NCBI GenBank assembly: GCA_965267575.1
Contig: OZ254086.1
Coordinates: 3,680,001 to 3,744,000, forward strand
Length of the DNA stretch: 64,000 nucleotides
Reading direction: 5' to 3'
Source: Calditrichales bacterium
GTDB taxonomy: Bacteria; Calditrichota; Calditrichia; Calditrichales; J004
In this document: in pieces, positions 18,323-29,129 of the stretch
Layout of the letters: each line of letters begins with the position of its first letter
Numbering within the stretch: the stretch's first letter is position 1
Made by a program: the position numbers and the translations under genes
Notes under the pieces: model-generated
What the model was told of the DNA's origin: nothing
What the model saw: only the letters and a program-made list of their open reading frames with translations
Database searches by the model: none

Positions 18323-19207
18323 ATGCGTATTACACAAACTATGATCGTTCGTAACACACTTCTCCGAATGACGGAGGGGCGTGACAAGATGCATCAGACA
18401 CAAGAGCGCATTTCTTCGGGTAAGCGCGTCTCCAAGCCGTCCGATAACCCTGCCGACTTCGCGCGTGCCGACCGTTTTCGCGTAGCCATAAAGCAAAACG
18501 AACAGTATCTGCGCAATATAGACTTTTCCATGACCTGGTCTCAGGAATCCGTCTCAATGTTGGAAAACCTTAACGATATAGCTCTGCAAGCCCGCGACAT
18601 AGCCAACCGCGGCGCAGATGGACAGTCGAACACTGAGGTTCGCAATACGCTTGCGGGCCAGCTGGAAGCCCTTTTGAATGAAGCATTGGCGGTGGTTAAT
18701 TCACAATACCTTGGTAAAAGCCTGTTTGCCGGAACGGAAACGCTGACAAAAGATCCCTTTCAGTACAGTGGCGGCGTGGTTAGCTATATTGGCAACGATG
18801 AACAAATCCGTCGCTCCTATTCGGAGTCGGTGAGTGTACGCATTAACGTAACCGGCCAGTCCATTATGGATACCGATATTTTCAGCAACATGACCGACCT
18901 GTTAACGGCGCTGCAAAATGATGACGAGACAGCGGTTCGCAATATGATTGATCCGCTCAAAACATCTTCCGAGGAGCTTCTGGGGGTGACCGCTGAGATA
19001 GGCGCGCAGAACTACAATCTGCAGCTGATACGATCGCGCCTGGAGCAAACCAATGTAAATTTAAACGATTTTCTCGGTGACGTGGAAAGTATCAATCTCG
19101 AAGAAGAGATCGTGCGCTACAAATCGGAAGAGCTGGCATACCAGGTGGCGCTGCAGTCCACGACCAACATTATAAATCTAAACATCATGCAATATTTTAA
19201 CCGCTGA
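18323..19207 (+). CDS. flgL: Hook-associated protein FlgL
   Basis: 'MRIT', 'ISSGKRVSKPSDNP', 'LFAG'; follows flgK. Confidence 0.93.
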   Translation: MRITQTMIVRNTLLRMTEGRDKMHQTQERISSGKRVSKPSDNPADFARADRFRVAIKQNEQYLRNIDFSMTWSQESVSMLENLNDIALQARDIANRGADGQSNTEVRNTLAGQLEALLNEALAVVNSQYLGKSLFAGTETLTKDPFQYSGGVVSYIGNDEQIRRSYSESVSVRINVTGQSIMDTDIFSNMTDLLTALQNDDETAVRNMIDPLKTSSEELLGVTAEIGAQNYNLQLIRSRLEQTNVNLNDFLGDVESINLEEEIVRYKSEELAYQVALQSTTNIINLNIMQYFNR

Positions 19208-19215
19208 TTAAGTGA

Positions 19216-20136
19216 ATGATAACCCATACGCAATTAACCGGATATGCAAGTGCTGAATATGCCTCCTCGCTAGCGGAATTCGGGCAGCCTCTGTTCTTGC
19301 CGCTCAGCGGCGGCTGGCTGCTGCAACGTTCCTATGCCGGCCATAAGGACGCCATGGGGCTCTATCCGCTTTTTGGCTGCGACAACTGGGATTTGCTTGA
19401 AAGCGACCTTGAAAAGCTGGGCGAAGAATATATCTCGGTAACACTTGTAAGCGATCCCTTCTCTGGCACGGAACGGGAGCAGCTTCAGTCAGTTTTTCCC
19501 GACAAATGCGCGTTTTTTAAGTCCCATTACGTCATAGACTTAACGGGCGATATCTGGTCCGGCATAAGCAAACACCACAGGCGCAATATCGGGGCGGCAC
19601 TTAAACAGCAGGAAATCGGCAGGGCGGAAGAACCACACCTTTACCTGGATACCTGGGCAGAGCTTTATGAAAACTTGGTCCGGCGCCATGCCATAAGCGG
19701 GTTGCAGGCTTTTTCGCGACACTCTTTTTACAAGCAGTTGCGCGTACCGGGTATGAATCTGTTTGTTGCAAACGATGCCAATGGGGTTCTGGCCATGCAG
19801 ATGTGGCTTCAACACGGGGATAAAGTTTATTACCACCTCGGGGCGGCCGGCAATGAAGGGTATAATAAGAAAAGTGCCTACGGCCTAATGTGGCAGGCCT
19901 TGAATCATTTTGCCCGCAACGGTGCAACCCTCGCCGATCTGGGCGCAGGAGCCGGCGCCAAAGATACTGAAAACGGGCTGACCCGCTACAAAAAGGGCTG
20001 GGGCGGAGAAACGTACCCGGTTTACCTGTGCGGCCGCATTTTAAATCATGATCTGTACAATAAACTCAGTAACGGCCGCGGCGGCACTAAGGACGGATAT
20101 TTTCCACAATACAGAGCCGGCGAGATGACAGGATAA
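19216..20136 (+). CDS. FemAB-like GNAT acyl/aminoacyl-transferase
   Basis: 'KHHRRNI', 'YYHLGA', 'LMWQAL', 'DLGAG', 'GLTRYKKGWG'. Confidence 0.75.
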   Translation: MITHTQLTGYASAEYASSLAEFGQPLFLPLSGGWLLQRSYAGHKDAMGLYPLFGCDNWDLLESDLEKLGEEYISVTLVSDPFSGTEREQLQSVFPDKCAFFKSHYVIDLTGDIWSGISKHHRRNIGAALKQQEIGRAEEPHLYLDTWAELYENLVRRHAISGLQAFSRHSFYKQLRVPGMNLFVANDANGVLAMQMWLQHGDKVYYHLGAAGNEGYNKKSAYGLMWQALNHFARNGATLADLGAGAGAKDTENGLTRYKKGWGGETYPVYLCGRILNHDLYNKLSNGRGGTKDGYFPQYRAGEMTG

Positions 20137-20138
20137 CC

Positions 20139-21167
20139 ATGGAACAGGTAAAAAAAGTCGTTGAAAAAACACAGTTGGAAGAATGGCTGGAAGATTTGAA
20201 CAGTATGCTGGCCGACGCGGAAATCGCGGCATTAAAAAAATTTGCCAAAGAGCCGAAGATGCCATCCTGTTTTATCATCGGGGCGCCGCGGTCCGGGGCA
20301 ACGCTGATGCTGCAGTGGCTGGCAGCCACGGGCGCTTTTGCCTATCCCAGCAATTTTATCGCACGTTTCTACAATGCGCCGGCGGTCGGCGCTAAAATCC
20401 AGCGCATGCTTACCGACCCCAAGCTGGACCTGAACCGCGAGATGGCCCTGACTGCTACGGACAAACACGGTGAATTTTTCAAATCGGATCTTGGCAACAC
20501 TTTCGGCATTTTCGCGCCCAATGCCTTTAATACGTTTTGGCAGCGCTTTTTTCCTTTTGAAGAGACGCAACAACTGACCGAACAGGCGCTGACGGCCGTG
20601 GATGCAGCTACATTCCGGGCAGAACTGGCCGCGCTGGAGAGCGTTCTTAGAAAGCCGCTGGCAATGAAAGCGCAAATAATGAACTGGCATATACCTTATC
20701 TCGCAAGGCAATTTCCCCGGGCCGTTTTTTTGCATGTGAAGCGCCATCCCTTTTTTATTATTCAGTCCATTCTCGCGGCCCGCGTGCAGGTTTTTGGCGA
20801 TATTAAAAAGTGGTATTCCTATAAACCATCGGAATACGACGAGTTGAAACACCTCAGTCCTTACAAGCAGGTGGCAGGCCAGGTTTACTTTACCAGCCGT
20901 GCCGTGGAAAAAGGGCTTCAACGTGTTGACGCCGACCATAAGATCATTGTGGATTATGATGAATTCTGCAATGCACCACACCATACCTGGAAAATAATCA
21001 ACAATAAATTTAACGCGCTTGGCACAACGTTTCACCGCGATTATTTAGGGCCAAAACAATTTAAACCGAGCTCCGCTATTTGTGTAGATAAAGCGGAAAA
21101 AGAGCGGATTGTAGCTGCCTGGTATTCGCTTTTTGGTGAAAACATCAGCCCGAAATCAATGGAGTAA
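20139..21167 (+). CDS. PAPS-dependent sulfotransferase
   Basis: 5'-PSB loop 'FIIGAPRSGATL', 3'-PB 'KRHPFFIIQS', 'YDEFC..P'. Confidence 0.85.
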   Translation: MEQVKKVVEKTQLEEWLEDLNSMLADAEIAALKKFAKEPKMPSCFIIGAPRSGATLMLQWLAATGAFAYPSNFIARFYNAPAVGAKIQRMLTDPKLDLNREMALTATDKHGEFFKSDLGNTFGIFAPNAFNTFWQRFFPFEETQQLTEQALTAVDAATFRAELAALESVLRKPLAMKAQIMNWHIPYLARQFPRAVFLHVKRHPFFIIQSILAARVQVFGDIKKWYSYKPSEYDELKHLSPYKQVAGQVYFTSRAVEKGLQRVDADHKIIVDYDEFCNAPHHTWKIINNKFNALGTTFHRDYLGPKQFKPSSAICVDKAEKERIVAAWYSLFGENISPKSME

Positions 21168-21191
21168 AGCCACTACGGCAATATTCGGATC

Positions 21192-22217
21192 ATGGAAGAA
21201 AAAGAAATTATTGGCGGATATTTTGAACTTGAACTGAGCCGCGGCCAGGAGTATCACAACGGCGCTCTGCGCTTCAACACGGCGCGCAATGCCTTATGCT
21301 ACTATCTGAAAAAGAAAAGCGTCCGGCGTTTGCATCTGCCGTTGTATATGCCCGGAACAGTATTGAAAGCCCTCGAAAAGCACAACATAGAGGCGGTTTT
21401 TTACAGGCTGGACCAGAACCTGAGGCCACAGGTGGAGCACAGCAGTAACAACGCCGATGAAGCGTTTCTTGCAGTGAATTACTTTGGAGTAAGTGATACA
21501 ATCGTAAAAGATTGCTTCAATACCTACCCAAATGTTATTGCCGATAACTCGCAGGCTTTTTTCACCCATCCCGAAAAGAACTGCTGCACATTTTACAGTG
21601 CCCGCAAGTTCTTTGGCGTGGCAGACGGCGCCTACCTCTATGCAGATATTGATCACGACGGCCTTGAAGCGGATGCTTCGGCCCAGCGCTACATGGCGCA
21701 GCTTATTCGCATGGACGGCGATATCGAAAACGGCGCGTTCGTGCACAGAAACAGCGAGCAGCTTTTGGGCAGGCAACCGGCCAAAGTTATGTCGTTTCTT
21801 ACACAGCGCATCCTCAAGGCCATACGCTATGATATTGTCTGGGAAAGGCGCGAAGCCAATTTTCGCCTATTGCACCAGGAGCTGGGCGCTTTTAACCAGC
21901 TTAAGATTGACGCCCATGCCACCCACGGGGCGGTGGTTTACCCTTTTTTGTACAGCAACGCAAACCTGAAGGACAACCTGCATAAGGCGGGGGTCCTGAC
22001 ACATGCCTACTGGCCGGAAGTCCTGAATATCGCGCCTGATAGCAGCATCGAAGCATTTTTGTCACGCCATATAATAGGGTTACCGATCGACCAGCGCTAC
22101 GGGTTTAGCGAGATGGACAAAATCGCAAAAACGGTTAAGCGCTTTATTCACAACAACGGGGCGGGACACTTTACGGTTCAGAGGGAGATAAACTTACTGG
22201 AAAGGCAGGCAAAATGA
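21192..22217 (+). CDS. DegT/DnrJ-like PLP-dependent sugar aminotransferase (short variant)
   Basis: 'IIGGYFELE', 'VNYFG', 'DNSQAF', 'FYSARKFFGVADG' (PLP Lys), 'LPIDQRY'. Confidence 0.75.
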   Translation: MEEKEIIGGYFELELSRGQEYHNGALRFNTARNALCYYLKKKSVRRLHLPLYMPGTVLKALEKHNIEAVFYRLDQNLRPQVEHSSNNADEAFLAVNYFGVSDTIVKDCFNTYPNVIADNSQAFFTHPEKNCCTFYSARKFFGVADGAYLYADIDHDGLEADASAQRYMAQLIRMDGDIENGAFVHRNSEQLLGRQPAKVMSFLTQRILKAIRYDIVWERREANFRLLHQELGAFNQLKIDAHATHGAVVYPFLYSNANLKDNLHKAGVLTHAYWPEVLNIAPDSSIEAFLSRHIIGLPIDQRYGFSEMDKIAKTVKRFIHNNGAGHFTVQREINLLERQAK

Positions 22218-22951
22218 CGGGCACAAACAGCAGCAAGTACGATATATCGCAAGACGGCGTCGTCAGTACCGGCTTTATTCTGGCATCTGCACCGGGTTCA
22301 GGCAGCGGAAAGATCGCCCATGCCCTGTGGAGCACAGGACTGGCCGGGGCACCAAAGGAATATTTTAACCCTCTAAATATCCAGGATTTTTACCAGCGCT
22401 GGAAGATGCAGGATTTCCGCGAATATCTTAATAACCTGAAAAAATTCCGCACGACGGCCAATGGCGTATTTGGTATAAAAACGCATTTCCCCGATTTTCG
22501 CGCCGCACTGAAGCAATGCGATCTTATGCAGGTGCTTCCCGATCTGAAATTTATCTATGTGGCGCGCCGAGACCGCCTCGAACAGACTGTGGCTTATGAC
22601 TTCACTTTGCAAAACGGTTATGGCAATGTGACCGAAGAAGACAGCGGGCAGAGCTTGTTTTACGATTTTCAGCGGCTGGAGAAAGTCAGGTCCGATCTGC
22701 TGTCGCAGGAAAGGGAGTGGGAGCTTTTCTTCAGATTTAACGATGTTCACCCGCTGATCGTTTACTATGATGATTTCAAGGAGAGCCCGGCGCTGGTCCT
22801 GAGCAGGATATTTTCGTTTCTGAATATTGATGTACCGGGTTCAATTAAGCTGAACTTTGCGCCTTCAAACAAACAACAGCAGTTGCGCCAACATTTTCTT
22901 GAACGCTACAAAAAGGATAAACAACAACTCGAGATCAGCAGCGCGATATGA
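22214..22951 (+). CDS. Stf0-family sulfotransferase (degenerate PAPS motifs)
   Basis: 'STGLAGAPKEYFNP', 'TANGVFGIK', 'RRDRLEQ', 'W..FF......P..V.Y'. Confidence 0.75.
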   Translation: MTGTNSSKYDISQDGVVSTGFILASAPGSGSGKIAHALWSTGLAGAPKEYFNPLNIQDFYQRWKMQDFREYLNNLKKFRTTANGVFGIKTHFPDFRAALKQCDLMQVLPDLKFIYVARRDRLEQTVAYDFTLQNGYGNVTEEDSGQSLFYDFQRLEKVRSDLLSQEREWELFFRFNDVHPLIVYYDDFKESPALVLSRIFSFLNIDVPGSIKLNFAPSNKQQQLRQHFLERYKKDKQQLEISSAI

Positions 22952-24153
22952 AGCATCACTTTAAAAAACTGGCCATAAAAGGCGGGAAACCCGCTTTCGA
23001 TTACGATCTCCATGTGGGCCGGCCCAACATAGGTGACCGTGCCGTACTGATGCAGCGCATCAATGAAATGCTTGACCGTAACCAGCTTACCAACATGGGT
23101 CCGTATGTTCAGGAACTGGAAAAGCGCCTGCAGGATTTCCTTGGTGTTAAGCACGTTATCTGTATGACCAACGGAACCATCGCCCTGGAAATAGCCATCC
23201 GCGCGCTGGACTTGTCCGGTGAGGTGATCATACCGTCCTTTACGTTTGTGGCCACGGCGCATGCCTTGCAATGGCAGCAGATAAAGCCGGTTTTCGCTGA
23301 TGTCGATCCGCAAAGCCATATGCTTGACCCACTGGCCGTTGAAAAAATGATCACGCCGCAAACGACAGGCATACTCGGCGTCCATCTTTGGGGACGCGCG
23401 GCGCAGGTAAACGAACTTAAGGCGATTGCAGCACGACACAATCTGAAATTGCTGTTTGACGCGGCCCATGCCTTAAATGTGACCTATGGCGGTCGCTATA
23501 TAGGGAGCTTTGGAAATGCGGAGGTATTTAGCTTCCACGCCACGAAATTTTTTAACACGTTTGAAGGCGGCGCCGTCGCTACAAACGATGATGTACTTGC
23601 CGAAAAGATCAGGCTGATGTCCAACTTCGGTTTTGCCGGACGCGACAATGTCATCTACATCGGGACAAACGGCAAAATGAGCGAGATATCCGCAGCCATG
23701 GGGCTGACTTCGCTGGAGAGCATGAACGGAATTATCGATCGCAACAAGCAGAACTACCACGATTATCTCGGGGCGTTGGCCGACATACCCGGTTTGCGCA
23801 TAATGACCTATGACGAAAAGGAAAAATACAATTACCAGTATATCGTAGTGGAGGTGGACCCGGAAGAATCCTGCGTGGACCGCGACAGGCTTGTGGAAAT
23901 ATTGCACGCCGAACGCGTTATTGCCCGGCGCTACTTTTATCCCGGCTGCCACCGCATGGAACCTTACCGCAGCTACCAGCCACACGCAGGTTTATTGCTT
24001 CCGCATACGGAGGAGCTTTCCCGGCGCGTCATGACGCTGCCAACGGGACTGGCCGTCGGAAAAAATGAGATCGAAACCATCGCCGCGATAATACGCCAGG
24101 CCTGCACGTCCAAAGAAGCAGCGCATGGTAACCGCAACGAGGAAGCGGCCTGA
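22948..24153 (+). CDS. DegT/DnrJ/EryC1/StrS NDP-sugar aminotransferase (DesI/VioA-like)
   Basis: 'PSFTFVAT', 'FDAAHA', 'SFHATK', 'EGGA', 'GTNGKMSE', 'RRYFYP'. Confidence 0.92.
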   Translation: MKHHFKKLAIKGGKPAFDYDLHVGRPNIGDRAVLMQRINEMLDRNQLTNMGPYVQELEKRLQDFLGVKHVICMTNGTIALEIAIRALDLSGEVIIPSFTFVATAHALQWQQIKPVFADVDPQSHMLDPLAVEKMITPQTTGILGVHLWGRAAQVNELKAIAARHNLKLLFDAAHALNVTYGGRYIGSFGNAEVFSFHATKFFNTFEGGAVATNDDVLAEKIRLMSNFGFAGRDNVIYIGTNGKMSEISAAMGLTSLESMNGIIDRNKQNYHDYLGALADIPGLRIMTYDEKEKYNYQYIVVEVDPEESCVDRDRLVEILHAERVIARRYFYPGCHRMEPYRSYQPHAGLLLPHTEELSRRVMTLPTGLAVGKNEIETIAAIIRQACTSKEAAHGNRNEEAA

Positions 24154-24173
24154 TAGGTTTAAGGAGAAACAAA

Positions 24174-27100
24174 ATGAAAAAAACCATCATGACCATAGGC
24201 TCTACCGTCAAAAGGGGCGATATTCATATCGAGCAAGGTCAGATCAATATCGCTGCACTGGAAAAGCTTAACCTGAAAAGGGACGCATACGACATCATTT
24301 ATTGCCAGGTTGACTGGAATAATGTCGAAAAGGGCACGGCTTTCAGGCTGATGCGCCAACTTAAGCTGGCTCTCAACGATGGCGGCATTTTGCGTATAAG
24401 AAAAGAACAATCGCAAAGCACTTTTATTGAAAGCTGTTTTAACGAATTTGGTTTTGACGCGATAGATGAAGCTAAAAACGATCCTGCCTATGAGAAGGCA
24501 GGCGGGCATTTACTTTTAAAAAAGAAGCAGTCGAAAGCAGTAACGGCAGAGCCTTTGGTGAGCATTCTGATTCCTGCATACCGCGGCACCTTTTTAAAAG
24601 AGGCCCTGGAAAGCGCTTTTGGGCAGACTTACAAAAACATTGAGATCATTTTGTGTGACGACGATGAAAGCGGCGGCGTGCGGAACGCGGCGGAGCCTTA
24701 TCTGGACAACCCGCTTTTTCATTACCATAAGAACCCAACCAATGTGGGAAGCCGCAGGAACTACGCTCTTTGCGTGGAAAAATCGTCGGGCGATTATATC
24801 AAATTCCTTAACGATGACGACATCCTGGACGCGGAATGCGTTGAACGGATGACGGCTGTCCTGAACGCGCACGATAATGTCCAATTGGTGACAAGCTATC
24901 GTAAGCTGATCGATGAAACAGGCAATGTTTTGCCTGACTCTTTTAATACCCCGTTAAAAAATTTCCCGGCGATACTCGACGGTGCAAGTCTCACCGAATA
25001 CATCATCAATAGGGGTCAAAATGTTATCGGTGAACCGACGACGGTAATGTTTCGCCGCAAAGCGCTGCAACGCATAAAACCGGATATGTTCAGTTATGCC
25101 GGAGAAACGGCACTGCGTAACGGCGATCTGCATTTGTGGCTGAGTTTGTTGCTGCAGGGCGATGCGGCCTGGTTGCCGGGCGTGCTGAGTTTTTTCCGCC
25201 TTCACGAGGGACAAGAGCAAAAGCAGGCCCGTTTTCTGGAACAGGCGCAAATGGCCTGGGAAGACCTGAAAAATCGTACCGAAGCCAGGGGCTACGATGC
25301 CTCCGGTGGTACAGGCGAGATCAAATATGTGATGATGGTAAGCGAAGACGATGTATTTTCGACGTCGCTTCGCGGAACGGTAAGCAAAAAGCCGCTCGCA
25401 TCTATTGTAATCCCGGTTTTCAATAAGGTTGAGTTTACGCGCGCCTGTTTAAAAAAGCTCTATGAGAATACGGATGCCGGGCTATTTGAGATTATCATAG
25501 TGGATAATGCTTCAAGCGACGGCACTGCTGCGTTCCTCGAAAAAGCGCAAAAACACTTCCCCAATCTCAAAGTCATAAGCAACACGGAAAACGCGGGATT
25601 TTCTGGCGCCAACAATCAGGGCGCCCGCATGGCACAAGGCAAATACATCCTGATGCTTAACAACGATACGGAACCACAGCCGGGCTGGCTTGAAGCAATG
25701 CTTGAAATCGCTGAACACGACAGCCGTGTTGGCGCGGTGGGCAGCAAACTGCTTTTTCCCGACGGTACAATCCAGCATGCCGGCGTGGCTATTTATGACG
25801 ACAGTGCCTGGGGTGGTGAAACGTTTGTACCGCGCCATGTGTACTATACGCACGCGGCCGACTATCCTGATGCCAACAAAGCCCGCTGTTACCAGGTACT
25901 GACCGGCGCCGCCTTACTTATCCGCAAAAAATTGTATGACGCTATGAACGGTCTGGATGAGCGCTTCTGGAATGGCTATGAAGATGTGGATTTTTGTCTT
26001 CGTCTCGGGGAAAAGGGCTATCTGTGCGTTTATCAACCGAAAAGCGTGATCGTGCATCACGAATCGCAGAGCGGATCAGAGCGTTTTCGAAAAGTGAATC
26101 ATAATATCAGGCTGCTGGCCGAGCTTTGGGACGATAAGATCAAACACGATGTTCGCATTACGCAAAACAACCAGATTGAGGTTTTACCGACCCGACGCTT
26201 TTTTGATTATGAAGGACCGGCAGGGACTACGCTTAATACCGATGACCCTCGTCCGCTGGTTTCAATTATCATGCTAACCTGCAACGCCCTTGAGTACACA
26301 AAAAAATGCGTCGCCTCGCTATATGAACATACATTTTATCCTTTTGAGCTGATCCTTGTGGATAACGCGAGCAGCGACGGAACGCGCGGCTATCTTAAAA
26401 AACTGTCGCGTCAAAAAGAGAATATCACCCTGGTATTAAACAAGCAAAACAAGGGATTCGCCGCAGGCAACAACCAGGGCGTAAAAAAGGCGCGTGGGCG
26501 ATATATAATGCTGCTTAATAATGACGTGATCGTATCCACAGGCTGGCTGGAAGAAATGGTTTCGGCCTATGAGCGTGACGATCAAATAGGCATGGTTGGT
26601 CCACTTACCAACAGCATCAGCGGCTTGCAGATGTTGCAAAACCTGCCTTATAAGGACATCCCGGGCTTTCACAAATTTGCGGCGGAGTTTCGTGCCGCAC
26701 ACAGGGGCAAAGTAACACCGCGGCGGCGTATCGCCGGGTTTGCCGTATTAATGAGCCGGGAATTGTACCGGCAGGTGAAAGGGCTGGATGAAAGCTTTGG
26801 CGTCGGTAATTTTGAAGATGACGACCTGTGCCTGAAGGTACGCGAAAAAGGTTATGCCATCATGGTGGCCGAAGGCGCCTTCATCCATCATTTTGGCAGC
26901 CAGTCTTTTAAAGCCAATGGGGTAAATATCATCCATAGCCTGGAAGAAAAAGGTCAGGTTTTCCGCAAGAAATGGCCGCATGTGGATTACGATGAACTTC
27001 TGGAAATAAAAAATCCTTTACATGAGGCGCACCCGCGCCAGATAGCCGCAGCAATGGAGCAGATTGAGCTTGGTCGTTTTGATGAAGCGGAAAAGCTGTT

Positions 27101-28160
27101 TGCTGACGTTTTGCAGTACAATCCCTTGTCGGGAGAAGCACTGCTCGGTCTGGGGCTGGTCAACCGGTCGCGCGGCGATAATGAGCCGGCCAAGACATTT
27201 TTCCAGCGCTGCCTGGATCACTATCCGGATAACCCGCATGTATATAATCAATTAGGCATGATCGCTTTTGTGGAAAAGGATATTCCGGCGGCCGAAAACT
27301 ATTTTATTACTGCCATAAGTAAAGACCCGGCCTTTGTGGACGCACAGCGTAATTACGGCCAGGTTTTAATCGAAAAAGGTGATTACCAGAACGGTGTACT
27401 GGCCTTTAACCGGATATTGAAAAACCATCCGAACGACCTGCCCAGCCTGGTCACTTTGGCCGGATTTTGCCTTGAAGCAGGCAAAGCAGAACAGGCGCTG
27501 GAGTATATCGCGCAAGCGGAAACAGTTGATCGTGACGATCCCGATGTAATTGAAATGCGCAGAATGGCTGATGCCCAGGTTCGAAGCCTGCCTGACAATG
27601 CTGCAGAACCCGAACCAACAAACGAAACTCTTGACCGTGCTGACGAGCTTCTGGAAAAAGGTGACGTGCAGGAAGCCGCGGAAATTTATCAGACATATCT
27701 CAAGAAGGAAAATAACGGTCATAGCGTGCGCGCCTGGTTTGGCCTTGGTCTGGCCTTCCAAATGCAGCAAAAGCCATCGGAAGCTTTGAACTGCTTCGAA
27801 AAACTTCTGGCACTGGACGGATCCTTCGGCGATGCTTACAGCCATGCGGGTTTGGCCGCATTTGCAACGGGCGCAACAGAGCAGGCCACAGATTATTTTC
27901 GAACGGCAGCCCAAATAAAGCAAACAGCGCACGCCAAGCGTATGCTAGCCGATGCCCTGATCGAAACCGGCGTATACGAGGAAGGCGTCGCACTGCTGAT
28001 ACAAACGCTTCAGGAACACCCTGATGACGCGGATACGATAGATCGCGTTGCCGAAATTTACGGGGAGGCCGGCAAAGCAGAGGAAGCTGAAAAGCTGTTC
28101 AGCCGGGCGGCCCTATTAAGAGAGCAATTTTCTGCTGATACCGTAAGTATGCAGGATTGA
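24174..28160 (+). CDS. Multidomain glycosyltransferase: three GT2 domains plus C-terminal TPRs
   Basis: Three GT-A starts 'PLVSILIPAY', 'PLASIVIPVFN', 'PLVSIIMLTCN' with 'LNDDD/LNND' motifs; about 370 aa of TPR-like repeats at the C-terminus. Confidence 0.9.
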   Translation: MKKTIMTIGSTVKRGDIHIEQGQINIAALEKLNLKRDAYDIIYCQVDWNNVEKGTAFRLMRQLKLALNDGGILRIRKEQSQSTFIESCFNEFGFDAIDEAKNDPAYEKAGGHLLLKKKQSKAVTAEPLVSILIPAYRGTFLKEALESAFGQTYKNIEIILCDDDESGGVRNAAEPYLDNPLFHYHKNPTNVGSRRNYALCVEKSSGDYIKFLNDDDILDAECVERMTAVLNAHDNVQLVTSYRKLIDETGNVLPDSFNTPLKNFPAILDGASLTEYIINRGQNVIGEPTTVMFRRKALQRIKPDMFSYAGETALRNGDLHLWLSLLLQGDAAWLPGVLSFFRLHEGQEQKQARFLEQAQMAWEDLKNRTEARGYDASGGTGEIKYVMMVSEDDVFSTSLRGTVSKKPLASIVIPVFNKVEFTRACLKKLYENTDAGLFEIIIVDNASSDGTAAFLEKAQKHFPNLKVISNTENAGFSGANNQGARMAQGKYILMLNNDTEPQPGWLEAMLEIAEHDSRVGAVGSKLLFPDGTIQHAGVAIYDDSAWGGETFVPRHVYYTHAADYPDANKARCYQVLTGAALLIRKKLYDAMNGLDERFWNGYEDVDFCLRLGEKGYLCVYQPKSVIVHHESQSGSERFRKVNHNIRLLAELWDDKIKHDVRITQNNQIEVLPTRRFFDYEGPAGTTLNTDDPRPLVSIIMLTCNALEYTKKCVASLYEHTFYPFELILVDNASSDGTRGYLKKLSRQKENITLVLNKQNKGFAAGNNQGVKKARGRYIMLLNNDVIVSTGWLEEMVSAYERDDQIGMVGPLTNSISGLQMLQNLPYKDIPGFHKFAAEFRAAHRGKVTPRRRIAGFAVLMSRELYRQVKGLDESFGVGNFEDDDLCLKVREKGYAIMVAEGAFIHHFGSQSFKANGVNIIHSLEEKGQVFRKKWPHVDYDELLEIKNPLHEAHPRQIAAAMEQIELGRFDEAEKLFADVLQYNPLSGEALLGLGLVNRSRGDNEPAKTFFQRCLDHYPDNPHVYNQLGMIAFVEKDIPAAENYFITAISKDPAFVDAQRNYGQVLIEKGDYQNGVLAFNRILKNHPNDLPSLVTLAGFCLEAGKAEQALEYIAQAETVDRDDPDVIEMRRMADAQVRSLPDNAAEPEPTNETLDRADELLEKGDVQEAAEIYQTYLKKENNGHSVRAWFGLGLAFQMQQKPSEALNCFEKLLALDGSFGDAYSHAGLAAFATGATEQATDYFRTAAQIKQTAHAKRMLADALIETGVYEEGVALLIQTLQEHPDDADTIDRVAEIYGEAGKAEEAEKLFSRAALLREQFSADTVSMQD

Positions 28161-28166
28161 GGAAGC

Positions 28167-29129
28167 ATGTTACTTAGCCTATGCATGATTGTTAAAAACG
28201 AAGAAGAGGTATTGGGAGATTGCCTCGCTTCGGCAAAGGCTGTTGTGGATGAAATGGTCATTGTCGATACAGGCTCAAACGATGCTACAATTGAAATAGC
28301 TGAAAGCCACGGAGCTAAAGTTATAAAAACACGCTGGACAGATAATTTCAGTACGGCGCGTAATATCGCTTTGCAAAATGCCGGCGCCAAATGGATTTTG
28401 CATCTGGATGCTGATGAGCGTGTTGCTGCTGTAAGCGCGACCAATCTGCGGTCGTATTTACAGCAATGCCGTGCCGGCGGTCTCCAGGTTATCGTGAGGA
28501 ATCACCAGCCGGCCGGGGATATGGTGCGCTACAGCGACGAACGACAGGTGCGCGTTTTCCGCAACAGGGAAGACGTACGCTATCGCAACAGCGTGCACGA
28601 ACAGATCGTCCCGTCCATCATTAATGCCGGGCTGACACTTGAGGATTGTAGCCTCATTATCGAGCACTTTGGTTACTGCCAAACCGATAATGAACGTCAC
28701 CGACGTAATCTGCGTCTTTTGCAGCTTGACCGGAATAACAGCGAAAACGACGGCTATTTCCACTTTAAGCTGGGCGAAACTTATAAAGCATTGAAGCAAT
28801 GGGGCATGGCCAACGAGGAATTGTCTCGCGCCCTGCATCTTTTCAAGCACTCTGAAGAATTGGAGTTGTTATCGCTTATCCATTTAAGACTGGCGCAGAT
28901 TGCATTAATGCGTAACGCCTACCATGATGCCATACTTAATGCCGATTGCGCCATACACCTTGGGCACGATCGTGAGCTGGCTCTTTACATAAAAGGCGTG
29001 GCCCTGATGTACAGGCAACGTATCACAGACGCTTTCCCCGTTTTTGAAGAATTGCTCGCCTCGCCCAATACAGCCCACCTTGATCTGGGTGATGTGCAGA
29101 AGCTTGTTAAAGCGCTGGAGGCCGTCTGA
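28167..29129 (+). CDS. GT2 + TPR glycosyltransferase
   Basis: 'LSLCMIVKNEE', 'VDTGS.D.T', 'DNFSTARN', 'LDADE', 'VHEQ', 'HFGY'. Confidence 0.9.
   Translation: MLLSLCMIVKNEEEVLGDCLASAKAVVDEMVIVDTGSNDATIEIAESHGAKVIKTRWTDNFSTARNIALQNAGAKWILHLDADERVAAVSATNLRSYLQQCRAGGLQVIVRNHQPAGDMVRYSDERQVRVFRNREDVRYRNSVHEQIVPSIINAGLTLEDCSLIIEHFGYCQTDNERHRRNLRLLQLDRNNSENDGYFHFKLGETYKALKQWGMANEELSRALHLFKHSEELELLSLIHLRLAQIALMRNAYHDAILNADCAIHLGHDRELALYIKGVALMYRQRITDAFPVFEELLASPNTAHLDLGDVQKLVKALEAV

Noticed and set aside
18323..19207. Flagellin
   Set aside because: 'MRIT' start, 'PSDNP' motif and position after flgK indicate FlgL
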